A DNA stretch of 64,000 nt from Podarcis erhardii (Eukaryota): NCBI GenBank assembly GCA_964252035.1, contig OZ176201.1; one strand, written 5' to 3'. Position 1 is the first letter of the stretch, and each line of letters begins with the position of its first letter. Position numbers and translations under genes: made by a program. The notes under the pieces are model-generated. The model searched no databases. It saw nothing but the letters and a program-made list of their open reading frames with translations, and was not told the origin of the DNA. This document shows positions 1-11,296 of the stretch, piece after piece.

Positions 1-39
1 TGAATCCATCACCATCACTTGAGGTCCAAGTGGCCACAA

Positions 40-500
40 TGGCAAGAAATGCCTGTTGCTAGCTAAAGCTTCTGTGTGGCTTACTATAATGCAGTCTATG
101 TAGGGCTACCTTTGGAGATGATTTGGAAGCTGTCGTTGATACAGAATGTTGCTCCTAGGGTAACCAAATGGTGCATCAAATTGGAGCCATATTACATCAA
201 CTCTACATTATCTGTGTTGGCTGCTTGATATGTTTTCAAGTCCAGTTTGGGGTGTTGATTTTGACTTATAAAACCCTAAATGTCTTGGGTTCCAGATACT
301 TGAAGGAGAATCTCTTCCTATATCTGCCAGCTGAGGCCTTTCAGGTGGTGAGAAAGGGAGGCCCTTCCTGTGGTTCCAATGATGTGCATTGTATATTGTG
401 CAGGGGACTTGGGAGAGGGACCTTTCTATGGTGGCACTAGCCCATTTGGTGAAACTGCTTTCCCCTGGAGTTGTGTCAATTATCCTCACTTTAAGGCTCT
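40..500 (+). mobile_element. Old, degraded L2-clade LINE 3' fragment
   Basis: Decayed ORF2 C-terminus: tataatgcagtctatgtagggctacctttg (YNAVYVGLPL) and FQVQFGVLILTYKTLNVLGSRYLKENL, resembling the L2 motif FRAQFKVLVLTFKALNGLGP seen intact at 43956-44291. Confidence 0.8.
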
Positions 501-1079
501 CTTATTCACCTGGGCTTTTGGGACATCTTAATGTTTTGTGCTGGTGTTTTGTATTGATCTGCTGCTGTATTGCAATGAATTATACATTTTTATTTTTATT
601 GATTAAAATCCACTGAAAAGGGTTATGGTATTTATCTTGTTTTGTATTTTATTGCCGTATGATTTACTTGATGATGGGTGATTATAAAAAAAGTAAGTTG
701 CCGTTCAACTCTAAATCTAGTTAGCATGGCATCTAATAATGCTTAATAATTAGTTTCTGAGTTCTGTTTAATAACCAGTTTATGATTTGTATGCATTGAA
801 TTCATGTTTTCTGACAGTAAGAAAATGCTTCATTGAAAGCTGTATTATGGACACATGGTGGCAGCAATGTGCTGTTATAATATTTCTTCCCGCTATAGAG
901 CACATCATTGTTTCTACCAATAGACTTTTCTGTCCATTTATTTACTTCTTTTTCACAGTGGGTGGGGAGGGAAACCCCATGCTGTAGCATCAAAGTGCAT
1001 ATCTATGTGGCGTGGGTGTGAAGACAGGGAAGAACAAAATATTCTGCACAGTAGAAGTATGTTAAGAGAGGATAGTTGA

Positions 1080-1192
1080 AGCCTAGTTTGGTGTAGAAGG
1101 GTGGTTGTGAGTTGGGAGATATTTTAGCTGGGGAGTCACAGGTTTAAATGTCATCTTATCCATGAACTGACCTTGGATCTTAGACAGGCCAC
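1080..1192 (+). mobile_element. Degraded tRNA-derived SINE (MIR/Squam3-like)
   Basis: A-box-like tagtttggtgtagaagg, B-box-like caggtttaaatgtc, then catgaactgaccttgg; similar to the copy at 4985-5112. Confidence 0.45.
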
Positions 1193-1194
1193 TA

Positions 1195-1363
1195 CCATAT
1201 TTACTTGAATGCAATGCACACCTTTTGGGGGGCCAAATTACGTCACAGAAATTAGCGTGTGCATTAGATTTGACAGAACCAGCAAATACTTTTTTGGTTT
1301 CAAAGTTTGGAAAATTGAGGTGTGCACTAGATTCAATGGTGCATTAGTTTCATGTAAATACGG
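1195..1363. mobile_element. Tc1/mariner-superfamily (Tc2/pogo-like) MITE
   Basis: Imperfect TIRs CCATATTTACTTGAATGCAATGCAC and GTGCATTAGTTTCATGTAAATACGG; TA on both flanks (1193-1194, 1364-1365). Confidence 0.8.
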
Positions 1364-2577
1364 TATTTTTAAACCTTAGCACCCCTCTCCCCCAGTCTGC
1401 AATATGAGGGATAATATTGGTTTATCATAGGGGGTTGTTGTAAAGTAAAGGTTGTGAGATTATTATGGATCTATTGAGCACTCAAAAATGCTATATAAAT
1501 TATATGCATAATTATTGGGCTATGTATGCTGAGCCCAATACTTTTTATTTTTTGGTAGCTCAGGCTAAGATGTGTTTGCAAAGTCTAGAGATCGATCAGA
1601 GGTCCTAGTACCCACAAAGTACAAGCTACACTTAGTATCTGTGTCTTGGGGTGCACTGGGATGAATGAGGGCTTCTTCTACTCCCTTCTAAAATACAAGG
1701 GGATTTCAGGAATTTGCTGCTACATCTTAGCTACAGTATGCCCAGGCAAGGGACAGAAAGTGAAATGGCAGCCATAGGCAAATAGAAGCAGACATGAGAA
1801 GCAGTTTATCATAAAGTGCATGTTGTCTGTGTTGTCTGTTAATTTATAGATTAGTCCAGATTGCCTGGATGTGGTAAATGGCAGAGAGGGAGAGAGAAAG
1901 GAATGCCAGGTGCTTGATGGATGACTGCTTAAAGTGATTGCATAACACCCTCCCTGTACATTTCTAGATTGATCTGCAAATCCTTGCCTTGATCGGCTTG
2001 TGTGAACAATTGGTTCTCCTCTGTTACCCAGGCTGTTCTTCACAGTTGGCCACACACTCCTTTCTAATGTGTGCGTCTCCCCTATCTTTCCCTCTTTCAC
2101 ATGTGAACTCATCCTGCAAACATTGTTTCTCCTTGGTGCTCCCTCAAGCCATTTGTCAACCCATTTAATACAGATAGATGAGCTCCTAGGAGCAGTATCA
2201 CTCTGAAGTGACTAAGTGAATAGTTTGCCTGGGGCCTCCGGCCTCATTTTCCCAGGTGTAGTTGGTACAGCTCAGAGGAATTCCTTAGACCTTGATAATA
2301 ACAGCCAAATACAAAGACAAAGCACTGCATTTTCCTGAAGTCTGTTGAAGCAGAGGTTCTGTGCTCTAACTGGTTGCAAATTGACTTTAGACATGGTTAG
2401 GAGTTTTGGCTTTGCATTTCCATTTGTTATACTGGCTAGTTGTGGGGAAAGCACCCTAAAGTGCCCCATTTGGTCTGCAGGCATGACTCAAAGGCAAAAG
2501 AGAAATAGGGTGAGTTGTGCCTAACAAACAGTAAGGGTTGAAGACCAAAGCTCCAAACCCTCTCCCCAAAGAGCCTC

Positions 2578-2646
2578 CTCCATTGCAGGGGGTTGGACTA
2601 GATGACCATTGGGTATCCCTTCCAACTCTATGAATCTGTGATTCTA
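2578..2646 (+). mobile_element. CR1 LINE 3' tip
   Basis: cattgcagggggttggactagatgacc...cccttccaactctatgaatctgtgattcta, ending in degenerate (ATTCTATG)n octamer repeats. Confidence 0.8.
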
Positions 2647-3539
2647 AATGTGGCCCTGGCTATTGGGCTCATGCTGCCCAAGAATGTTGACTGCAGAACG
2701 TAGCATGTAAGCAGGCGTCCAAGGCAGCCACATCTGGAAAATAGAAAGTGGTTTGCTGAAGCAGTAAGGGGGCATTTAACCTAGGACATAAAGGGGGAAG
2801 GAATGAGGCTCAGAATGGGGATTCAAGCCCCAAACTCTCACTCTCTCTGGATCCTTGAAGCTGTGAGGAAATGGGGCTTGGGCCCTCAGACACACAACCA
2901 CACCCACCTTGGCTAAATGCACATTTCTCCCAGGAATTCTCACTCCATTTGATCCACATACTGATGTCTGGGGCATTTTCATAAGAGAGCTGGCATTTTA
3001 TGGATTGACAACATTTATTCTTTAATACAATTTATTTCCGAAGTTGACACAAGGAAAACTCTAGAAGCTTGAGAAGTCAAAGGCTCAAGGAATGCTGCAA
3101 GGATACTCTGTTCTTTTCAGTTTCTGCTGTATGCACAACCCCCAATAGGGAACTGTTGGGCACAAACCACAGAGCTGTGGCTGTATAGTTCAAGCCCAAA
3201 GGATTTGTTCTTTTCATTTTATAGCCTTTTAATTGTGAGTGCTTCCTGCTCTGTTCTATTTCTGTCAGTCCACAGGTCTAATAGTTATATAAGTTGGAGC
3301 TTATCTATATAAAACAGTAGTGGGACACCTGTGGCCTTGTTTTATGTGGCTCTCTGGGCACTATAGATATTTTTTGCTTTCTGGGGGACTCAGTTTCACT
3401 TCATGCCATGTTTTTGTGAGGTGAGACTGCAGAGGTGGAAGAATGGATAGGAAGAGAAATGCCCTTTTCAGGGTGAATTTGACATCACAAAATAATAGAT
3501 GACAAAATTTCAGAAAGAGAGCAAGAGAAGCAGGTAGAT

Positions 3540-3675
3540 CAGGCTTCCTCAGCCTCGGCCCTCCAGATGTTTTTGGCCTACAACTCCCACGATTCCTAGT
3601 TAGCAGGACCAGTGGTCAGGGTTGATGGGAATTGTAGTCTCAAAACATCTGGAGGGCCGAGGTTGAGGAAGCCTG
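3540..3675. mobile_element. 136-bp hAT-type MITE (ACTACAACTCCC-core squamate family)
   Basis: Long TIRs CAGGCTTCCTCAGCCTCGGCCCTCCAGATGTTTT and AAAACATCTGGAGGGCCGAGGTTGAGGAAGCCTG. The flanking 8-mers match only 5/8 (aggtagat / ggttggat). Confidence 0.85.
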
Positions 3676-4021
3676 GGTTGGATTATGGAAGAGAAAGCGA
3701 GAACAGATGGCAATGCCCACTGTTGCAATGTGGCCCCCAACAGATTACCTCCAAGGAATTGTGGCTGGTTCCCATCTCTGATTTAAAGCGTATTTGCCTT
3801 TTCTCAAATCTGTTGTATGACTACAGGTGAATGGAAAGTGGTGGGGATAAAACTATATAACCTCTGCTGGGTATATATGTGTTAGAGTTTCTCTTTATAA
3901 CTACTGAGTGGTGTATGTTACAGCCCCCGTAAGGGACGCAAGTGATTTTAGCTCAAGTAATAAACATTCATACTTCCTGTTCATCATCTTTTTGGATATA
4001 GCAAACAGTACTTGTTTTTGT

Positions 4022-4381
4022 GGGACGCAGGTGGCGCTGTGGGTTAAACCACAGAGCCTAGGACTTGCCGATCAGAAGGTCGGCGGTTTGAATCCCTGCG
4101 ATGGGATGAGCTCCCGTTGTTCAGTCCCAGCTCCTGCCAACCTAGCAGTTCGAAAGCAAAAGTGCAAGTAGATAAATAGGTACCGCTCCAGCGGGAAGGT
4201 AAACGGTGTTTCCGTGTGCTGCTCTGGTTCGCCAGAAGCGGCTTAGTCATGCTGGCCACATGACCCGGAAGCTGTCTGCGGACAAACGCTGGCTCCCTGG
4301 GCCAATAAAGCGAGATGAGCGCCGCAACCCCAGAGTCGGTCACGACTGGACCTAATGGTCAGGGGTCCCTTTACCTTTACC
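4022..4381 (+). mobile_element. Full-length Sauria SINE (lacertid type)
   Basis: tRNA-like head GGGACGCAGGTGGCGCTGTGGGTTAAACCACAGAGCC, B box GGTTTGAATCC, (ACCTTT)n tail; 13-bp TSD tacttgtttttgt at 4009-4021 and 4382-4394. Confidence 0.95.
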
Positions 4382-4425
4382 TACTTGTTTTTGTAACCAG
4401 AGTATTCTCTGAAACACTAGAATGT

Positions 4426-4513
4426 GGTGCCCTCCAGATGGTATTGAACTCTGAGCTGCCATCGGCCCCAGATACCATGGCCAATGGTCAGGGATTATGG
4501 GAATTGTAGTCCA
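4426..4513. mobile_element. Fragment of the hAT-type MITE family
   Basis: gtgccctccagatg...catggccaatggtcagggattatgggaattgtagtcc, shared with 3540-3675 and 30517-30653. Confidence 0.65.
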
Positions 4514-4984
4514 TTGGCTATCACTGCACTAGAGAAATTCCTCTTCTAAACCCTGCACAGATTGCTAATGTTTTTAAAGACAACCAATTGTAGGAGAAGA
4601 GTTGGATGCTGTACTAAAGAGACAAACTCAAGCATAGCTGGAGCTTGTCCACACTTCCACCTGTCCTGTGCTTAGAAAGCATGGGTCTAGGTGGTTTTCC
4701 GCTTGTCCTATGCTTTCTTGGCACTGGTCCAAGCGGTTTTGCCTTTGCTTCACAGTTTCCCCCTGAATAAACCTGCACTTTAACACTAAATTGAAGCAAA
4801 TGTCAATACAGAGAAAGCCCAATTGACGTTTACTCCAATTCAGTGGTAAATAGTGGGTTTTCCCGGGGGAAAGCAATGGGGCAAGTGGAAGTGTGGATGA
4901 GGCCTTAGTTTCTGCAAATCTGCACAAAAAGCAGATATTCTAGTTTTTTTTACATCAAACAGGCACATCATGCCTAACTTAAGG

Positions 4985-5112
4985 GAATGTGTTATGTGGT
5001 AGAGGTTTGAACTGGGAGTCCTAGGTTCAGATTCCCACTCAGTGGTGAAGCTCTTGGGTGAGCTTGGGCCATTCAACATCTCTCAGCTCACAGATTTGTT
5101 GTGAGGATAAAA
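4985..5112 (+). mobile_element. tRNA-derived SINE (MIR/Squam3-like)
   Basis: ctgggagtcctaggttcagattcccactcagtggtgaagctcttgggtgagcttgggcc...ttgttgtgaggataaaa; B box plus a CORE-like 3' part. Confidence 0.6.
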
Positions 5113-5649
5113 AAGCACATCCCCTAAGGCAGGCTATGATTATGAGCTACACTGTACATATAGCTCTTGAATTTATAAATTGAGGCTGTTTTCACTCAGA
5201 GGTAGGATGCAACTAAGTCATACTCTGAGCAGCCTCATTAAAATCAGCGAACTTGACTAACGTAGTTATATTCGCCCCACAATTATGAAATATAACACCA
5301 CTTTCAAAGGAAGGATTTGGGAGAATCACATATACTGTCAAGGGTGGTTCAAATAGCAGCATCCACTTTGCAAACATTCAGTCATTTCTCAAAGATTTAT
5401 AGAATAGGTTAGAAGAGAGTCATTGGAAGTTGGACCTTTGCGCTTCTTGTTTGATCAAAGTATATTGGCTTTCATTGATGGGAAGTGTAAATGTTTCCTT
5501 TTTGTGAAAAGGATATGCTAACAGTTTAAAAATGTGTACTGAGCAAGCAGCGTTTTGCACATTAACAATTTGAGAATGTTGGTAACTTGGAAATACTTTG
5601 AACCACGCTGCAGACCTCAGCAGGGACAGAACTTGATGTAACGTCTATT

Positions 5650-6312
5650 TTTGTTGAGACCACATTTGGAGTGCTATCTACAGTTCTGGTCACCCGACCT
5701 CAAAAAAAGATATTGTAGAGTTGGAAAAGGTTCAGAAAAAGGCAGCCAAAATTATCAAAGGGATAAAACAACTCCACTGTGAAGAAAGGTTGCAGCGTTT
5801 GGGATTCTTTGGTTTACAGAAAAGGTGAGTAAGAGACAAAACAATGGAAGTTTATGAAATTATGTATGGCATGGAGAAGTTGTATAGAGAGAAGGTTTTT
5901 GTCTTTCTCTCATCATGTTAGAGCCTTTGAACATCCCATGAAGCTGAATGTTGGAAGATTCAGGACAGATAAATGAAAGTACTTCTTCATGCTTTGCATA
6001 GTCCAGCTATGGAACTGGCTCCCCTAAGAAGCAGTGATGGCCACCAACTTGGATGGTTTTAAAAGAGGATTAGACAAATTCATGGAGGAGAGGGCTAATA
6101 GATGGCTTCTAGCCATGACAACTATTCTCTACAGCCACATTTGGAGGCAGCAGTTCTTCTGAATACCAGTTGCTGGAAACCATGGGAGGGGAGAATGCTC
6201 TTATGCTCATATTCCGCTTGCTGGTTTCCCACAGGCATCTACCTGGCAACTGTGAGAACAGTATACTGGACTAGACAGACCGTTGGTTTGATCCAGGAAG
6301 CTATTCTTATTG
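5650..6312 (+). mobile_element. Old CR1 LINE 3' region with long 3' UTR
   Basis: Decayed ORF2 end (ccacatttggagtgc...cagttctggtcacc...gatattgtagagttggaaaaggttcagaaaaaggcagcc), followed by the squamate CR1 3' UTR; same family as 10103-10872. Confidence 0.85.
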
Positions 6313-8197
6313 AGTGATAAGCATATCCATGCTTTTGTGTCTTGTACCTGCAGCTTGAATGTATTTGAAGCTAAACTACTTTGGCTTCTGCTAAGAACTT
6401 CAAGGTGAATGTTGTTATTAGTTTGGCAATCTCGGTCAGCGTGAATGGCCAACTGATGAGACAGCCAGGAACACTAACAAAAATAATCTCTGTGGTCCTT
6501 TATGACCAGAGATGCTTTCCTGACAGCTGAGAATCTCACTCTAACATTTGAAATACAATATCCATCAGATTTTGGAGTGCCCGCAGAGCTCAGTTTGGGG
6601 GCAGAGAAGGTTTGGTGCCAATTTTGCAGTTAAATGGAAAAGGAGAACAGAGCTTTTGAGTTGGAAAGTGAAACACCTTGGTGTGTAGGGTTGCTCTCTG
6701 AGAATTGGATGCAGGGTATATGCTACTTGCTGTAGGAGTGTTTCATGTCGAACAGGGTAACTTTGTAAGATTTGCTTGTGCAGTTTTCTGGTTTTGTGCA
6801 AATCTGAGGGATTAAAGGGGGGTGGGATTCCTTGTTCAGGAGTACACTGGAAATAGTTACAAGCACAGCCCAAAAAAGAGTGAAAGCATTGTGGACATAG
6901 TAGACATGGAAAAGGGAATGGCGGAAAGTGACCATTGATCCACCCATCCCCAAACACCAAATACAGTAGTCTGTGACATGTCGAGTGAAGTGCCTTGGAG
7001 CCAACTGATTGGATGATCCCCATATCGGGTGAACCTGAATTTACAGAGGGAAACCGTCATGTGAACTATGCAAATTAAATGGGAATGTAAACTGCTGCAG
7101 ACACATATTAAATGTGTGTGTGTCCAAGCCCCCAAATATTTTGGGAATATATACATATTGGTTGCAGGTTAGGTTACTGCTGGGCAAATCCTCTGGTTAG
7201 ACTTCAATTTACTCTGCTTTAAAGTTACTCTACTATGCCTCTAAGCCCTACATCCCTGACTACTATTCCCATGGCTCATGAGAGTTAGATTGGATTGCCT
7301 TTCTGGCATGAGTGATGCGAGGTGTGTTTCTACTAAGCAGTTTCATAAGGGTTATAGAAGGATTACAGAAGCAAATGGATGGTTTGTTTTGTTTGATTCC
7401 CTCAAGCTTGACTCCTTGGTGAATACTTTAACCACTCATTTTTCACATACATACTCTGACAAATTGCCAAAGGGGATATTTCTGTACAGATATAAGAGGC
7501 AGGTGTATCTGTTGAATGGGTGACAGAATGCCTGGATGTCATTCTTGCTATTACCACTTCCATCTTGCATGTCTGAATAAATAGCCTTCTTTTCTAATCT
7601 ATAAATGCAGGATAACAGTGTAGTTTATGGTGACATTATTTCACTTCTTAATATACTGGTCCTGAAAAATGGAACTGCAATAATACAGCACAGATCTTTA
7701 AAAGTTATGTTTATCTTTAAATTACCTTTGAATAGACCAATTTTTTCTTCTTCTTTTCAGCTTTCTAAACTATTGAGTGTTTTATTGTATCATCCTGCTA
7801 TATCTTTTGGTAGACTGCATTGTTGGAACACAGTTCAGTCTGGCTCATATAATAGGGTGAAGGAGTGCATTTTATATCTAGGCCAGATTAGGGTTTGTTC
7901 TGGGCATCTGGTGCCTTGGAGTGTCTTTAACCAGGTGTACCCTTTCTTGAAAAGATGCTACTGTAACAGGCAATGTGTGGAGCAGCTCTAAAAGTGTCTG
8001 GATGGTTGAACAGTAATCCAGAAGATAACATTCTAATCTGTACTGGTTACTTGTTCTAGTCTCCATTTAGAGGAGTGATTCTTACCCTTTTTTTACAGTT
8101 CCAAAGTTTGTGTACTGTAAGTATTGCCATCTCTTACAAGAACAACATCTGAAGTCAACTGAAGCTAGGCAGGTATCTACTATAAGAAGGGACTTAT

Positions 8198-8427
8198 AGA
8201 ATCATAGATTTGTTGTTGGGAGGGACCCCGAGGGTCATCTAATCCAACTCCCTGCAAAGCAGGAATCCCAACTAAAGCATCCATGACAGATGGCCATCCA
8301 ACCTCTGCTTAAAAGCCTCCAAGTTCACCACCTTCCATGGGAGTCTGTTCAGCTGTGAAACAGCTCTTATTGTCAGAAAGTTCTTCCTGAAGTTTAGTTG
8401 GAATCTTCTTTCTTGTAACTTGAAGCC
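8198..8427 (-). mobile_element. CR1 LINE 3' fragment
   Basis: Minus-strand translation LQERRFQLNFRKNFLTIRAVSQLNRLPWKVVNLEAFKQRLDGHLSWML; agaatcatag tail remnant at 8198. Confidence 0.9.
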
Positions 8428-8689
8428 TGATAGCATGATTTTGAGTGAGTTTTTCTGGATGTGCATATTGTTCTACAGGAGTGTCTCTGTATGGTACTTA
8501 AAGGATTTAAGGCACTAGCCCATACCACAAAGCTGCAGAAACTTTGCATATGCTTATTTATATAGATAACTGTAAGAAAATGAAGATGGTGGGTGGCTTT
8601 ATTATTATTATTTACTCGCCCTTCACCTTAAGGTCCCAGGGTGGTTTACAACATTAAAACACAATCACATAAACAAGGTGGATCCTAAA

Positions 8690-8742
8690 AATATGTATTC
8701 ATGGGGTCTGAACTGGCAGTGATGGACCAGGAACCAGACCTT
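8690..8742 (+). mobile_element. Left part of an older CR1, interrupted by the young CR1
   Basis: Translates MGSELAVMDQEPDL and continues in frame at 10109 as EVIADS, matching the CR1 ORF2 motif E(K/R)DLGV(L/I)VD. Confidence 0.75.
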
Positions 8743-10094
8743 AGAATCATAGAATCATAGAATCATAGAGTTGGAAGAGACCACAAGGGCCATCGAGTCC
8801 AACCCCCTGCCAAGCAGGAAACGCCATCAGAGTACTCCTGACATATGGTCGTCAAGCCTCTGCTTAAAGACCTCCAAAGAAGGAGACTCCACCACACTCC
8901 TTGGCAGCAAATTCCACTGTCGAACAGCTCTCACTGTCAGGAAGTTCCTCCTAATGTTTAGGTGGAATCTTTTTTCTTGTAGTTTGGAACCATTGCTCCG
9001 TGTCCGCTTCTCTGGAGCAGCAGAAAACAACCTTTCTCCCTCCTCTATGTGACATCCTTTTATATATTTGAACATGGCTATCATATCACCCCTTAACCTC
9101 CTCTTCTCCAGGCTAAACATGCCCAGCTCCTTTAGCCGTTCCTCATAAGGCATCGTTTCCAGGCCTTTGACCATTTTGGTTGCCCTCCTCTGGACACGTT
9201 CCAGTTTGTCAGTGTCCTTCTTGAACTGTGGTGCCCAGAACTGGACACAGTACTCCAGGTGAGGTCTGACCAGAGCAGAATATAGTGGCACTATTACTTC
9301 CCTTGATCTAGATGCTATACTCCTATTGATGCAGCCCAGAATTGCATTGGCTTTTTTAGCTGCCGCGTCACACTGTTGGCTCATGTCAAGTTTGTGGTCA
9401 ACCAAGACTCCTAGATCCTTTTCACATGTACTGCTCTCAAGCCAGGTGTCACCCATCTTGTATTTGTGCCTCTCATTTTTTTTGCCCAAGTGCAATACTT
9501 TACATTTCTCCCTGTTAAAATTCATCTTGTTTGTTTTGGCCCAGTTCTCTAATCTGTCAAGGTCGTTTTGAAGTGTGATCCTGTCCTCTGGGGTGTTAGC
9601 CACCCCTCCCAGTTTGGTGTCATCTGCAAATTTGATCAGGATGCCCTTGAGTCCATCATCCAAGTCGTTGATAAAGATGTTGAATAAGACCGGGCCCAAG
9701 ACAGAATCCTGTGGCACCCCACTAGTCACTCTTCTCCAGGATGAAGAGGAACCATTGATGAGCACCCTTTGGGTTCGGTCAGTCAGCCAGTTACAAATCC
9801 ACTGAGTGGTAGCATAGTCAAGTCCGCATTTTACCAGCTTCTTTAAAAGAATATCATGGGGCACCTTGTCAAATGCCTTGCTGAAATCAAGGTAGACTAC
9901 ATCCACTGCGTTCCCTTCATCTACCAGGCTTGTAATTCTGTCAAAAAACGAGATCAGGTTAGTCTGACATGACTTATTTTTCAGAAATCCATGCTGACTA
10001 TTGGTGATCACAGCATTCCTTTCTAGGTGCTCACAGACTGTTTGCTTAATGATCTGCTCCAGAATCTTCCCTGGTATTGATGTCAGACTGACTG
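8743..10094 (-). mobile_element. Young 5'-truncated CR1 LINE with an uninterrupted ORF2 C-terminal half (RT domain)
   Basis: Open frame from about 10092 to 8827 (ORF track 8827-10011, 394 aa) containing [28 protein letters not shown] and [11 protein letters not shown]. (CTATGATT)n tail at 8743-8769; 6-bp TSD gacctt at 8737-8742 and 10103-10108. Confidence 0.97.
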
Positions 10095-10102
10095 TCTGCT
10101 AT

Positions 10103-10872
10103 GACCTTGAGGTCATAGCAGACAGCTAGATAGAAGATGTTGACATGTAGCAGCCATGAGAAAGGTAGATGCCATGCTAGGGATCATTAGGAAAGGAATT
10201 GAAGTGGCCATATCATAACGCTGTTATAGAAATCTATGGTGCAACCACATTTGGAATATTGTGCACAGTTTTGGTCACCTCACCTCAAAAAAGTTATTGT
10301 AGAGTTGTAAAAAGTTCAGAAAAGGGGATCAAGGGAATGGAGCAACTCCCCAGTGAAGAAAGGTTGCAGTGTTTGGCACTCTTTGGTTTAGAGAAAAGGT
10401 GAATAAGAGGTGACATGAGAGAAGCTCATGAAATTGTTCATGGCATGGAGAAAGTGGATAGTGCAAAGTTCTTTCCCCTCTCTCATAACAATAGAACTTG
10501 TGAAGCTGAATGTTGGAAGATTCGGGTCAGTGAAAAGCAACTGCTTCTTCAAGCAGCGCATAGTTAAACTACAGAACACACTCCCACAGGAGGCAGTGAT
10601 GGCCACCAACTTGAATAGCTTTAAAAGAGGATTAGACAAATTCATGGAGAAGAGAGCTATCGATGGCTACTAGCCATGGTGGTTATGCTCTGGCTCCACA
10701 GTCAGAGGCAGTATGCTTCTGAATACCAGTTGCTGGAAACCACCAGAAGGGACAGTGCTCTTGGACTCTAATCCCACTTGTGGATTTCTCAGAGGCAACC
10801 ATTCAGCCACTGAGAACAGGATGCTAGACTGGATGGGCTATTGGCCTGGTTCTGCAGGCTCTTCTTATGTTC
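10103..10872 (+). mobile_element. Right part of the older host CR1, including its 3' UTR
   Basis: gccatgctagggatcattaggaaagg...ccacatttggaatattgtgcacagttttggtc...gaggattagacaaattcatggag; 3' UTR ends caggctcttcttatgttc. Confidence 0.9.
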
Positions 10873-10975
10873 AGTGTACCCATATGTCCTGTAAAGGGGG
10901 GGGGGGGTAAGAAGGTTTTAAAAGGAAGGGAAAAGGCAAATGATCAGCAGCTTGACCTCAACATCCTGAGTGTGT

Positions 10976-11094
10976 AGTTACAGATAGGTAGCCGTGTTGG
11001 TCTGCCATAGTCAAAACAAAACAAATTCCTTCCAGTAGCACCTTAGCACCTTACTTAGTTGGTCTTTAAGGTGCTACTGGAAGGAATTTGTTTT
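10976..11094. mobile_element. Short Penelope-like retroelement (PLE) terminal remnant with inverted segment
   Basis: GGTAGCCGTGTTGGTCTG...CCAGTAGCACCTTA(A/G)AGACCAACTAAG resembles reptile Penelope terminal repeats (recalled). 13-bp TSD atcctgagtgtgt at 10963-10975 and 11095-11107; perfect 28-bp inverted repeat at 11018-11045 and 11067-11094. Confidence 0.75.
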
Positions 11095-11189
11095 ATCCTG
11101 AGTGTGTGAGAGAGAAAGTTAAAAAAGGCAAAATGTGATGTATTATCTTCTCCCTCTTGCAGGCCTCTGGTATGTAATTATTAGTTGTG

Positions 11190-11296
11190 CTATTCATCTA
11201 AGTTTTACCCAGAGCAGACCTATGGACATTAATAGAGCTAACTTAGTTATGGTCATTAATTTTAATGGGTCTGCTCTGAGAAAGGCTTAGTTGAAT
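11190..11296. mobile_element. Old palindromic MITE-like repeat
   Basis: Long imperfect palindrome: perfect arm cagagcagacc (11210-11220) / ggtctgctctg (11268-11278), outer arms attcatctaag / cttagttgaat. Confidence 0.55.

Noticed and set aside
6510-6560. Hammerhead ribozyme core CTGATGA (also at 39894 and 43082)
   Set aside because: No stem II followed by GAAA, and no closing helices.
6841-6939. In-frame alternative exon EYTGNSYKHSPKKSESIVDIVDMEKGMAESDH*
   Set aside because: Weak pyrimidine tract, no homolog recognised, no supporting poly(A) context.
8150-8195. 5S rRNA-derived SINE head (gaagctaggcagg)
   Set aside because: The match is only about 13 nt, too short to support a call.
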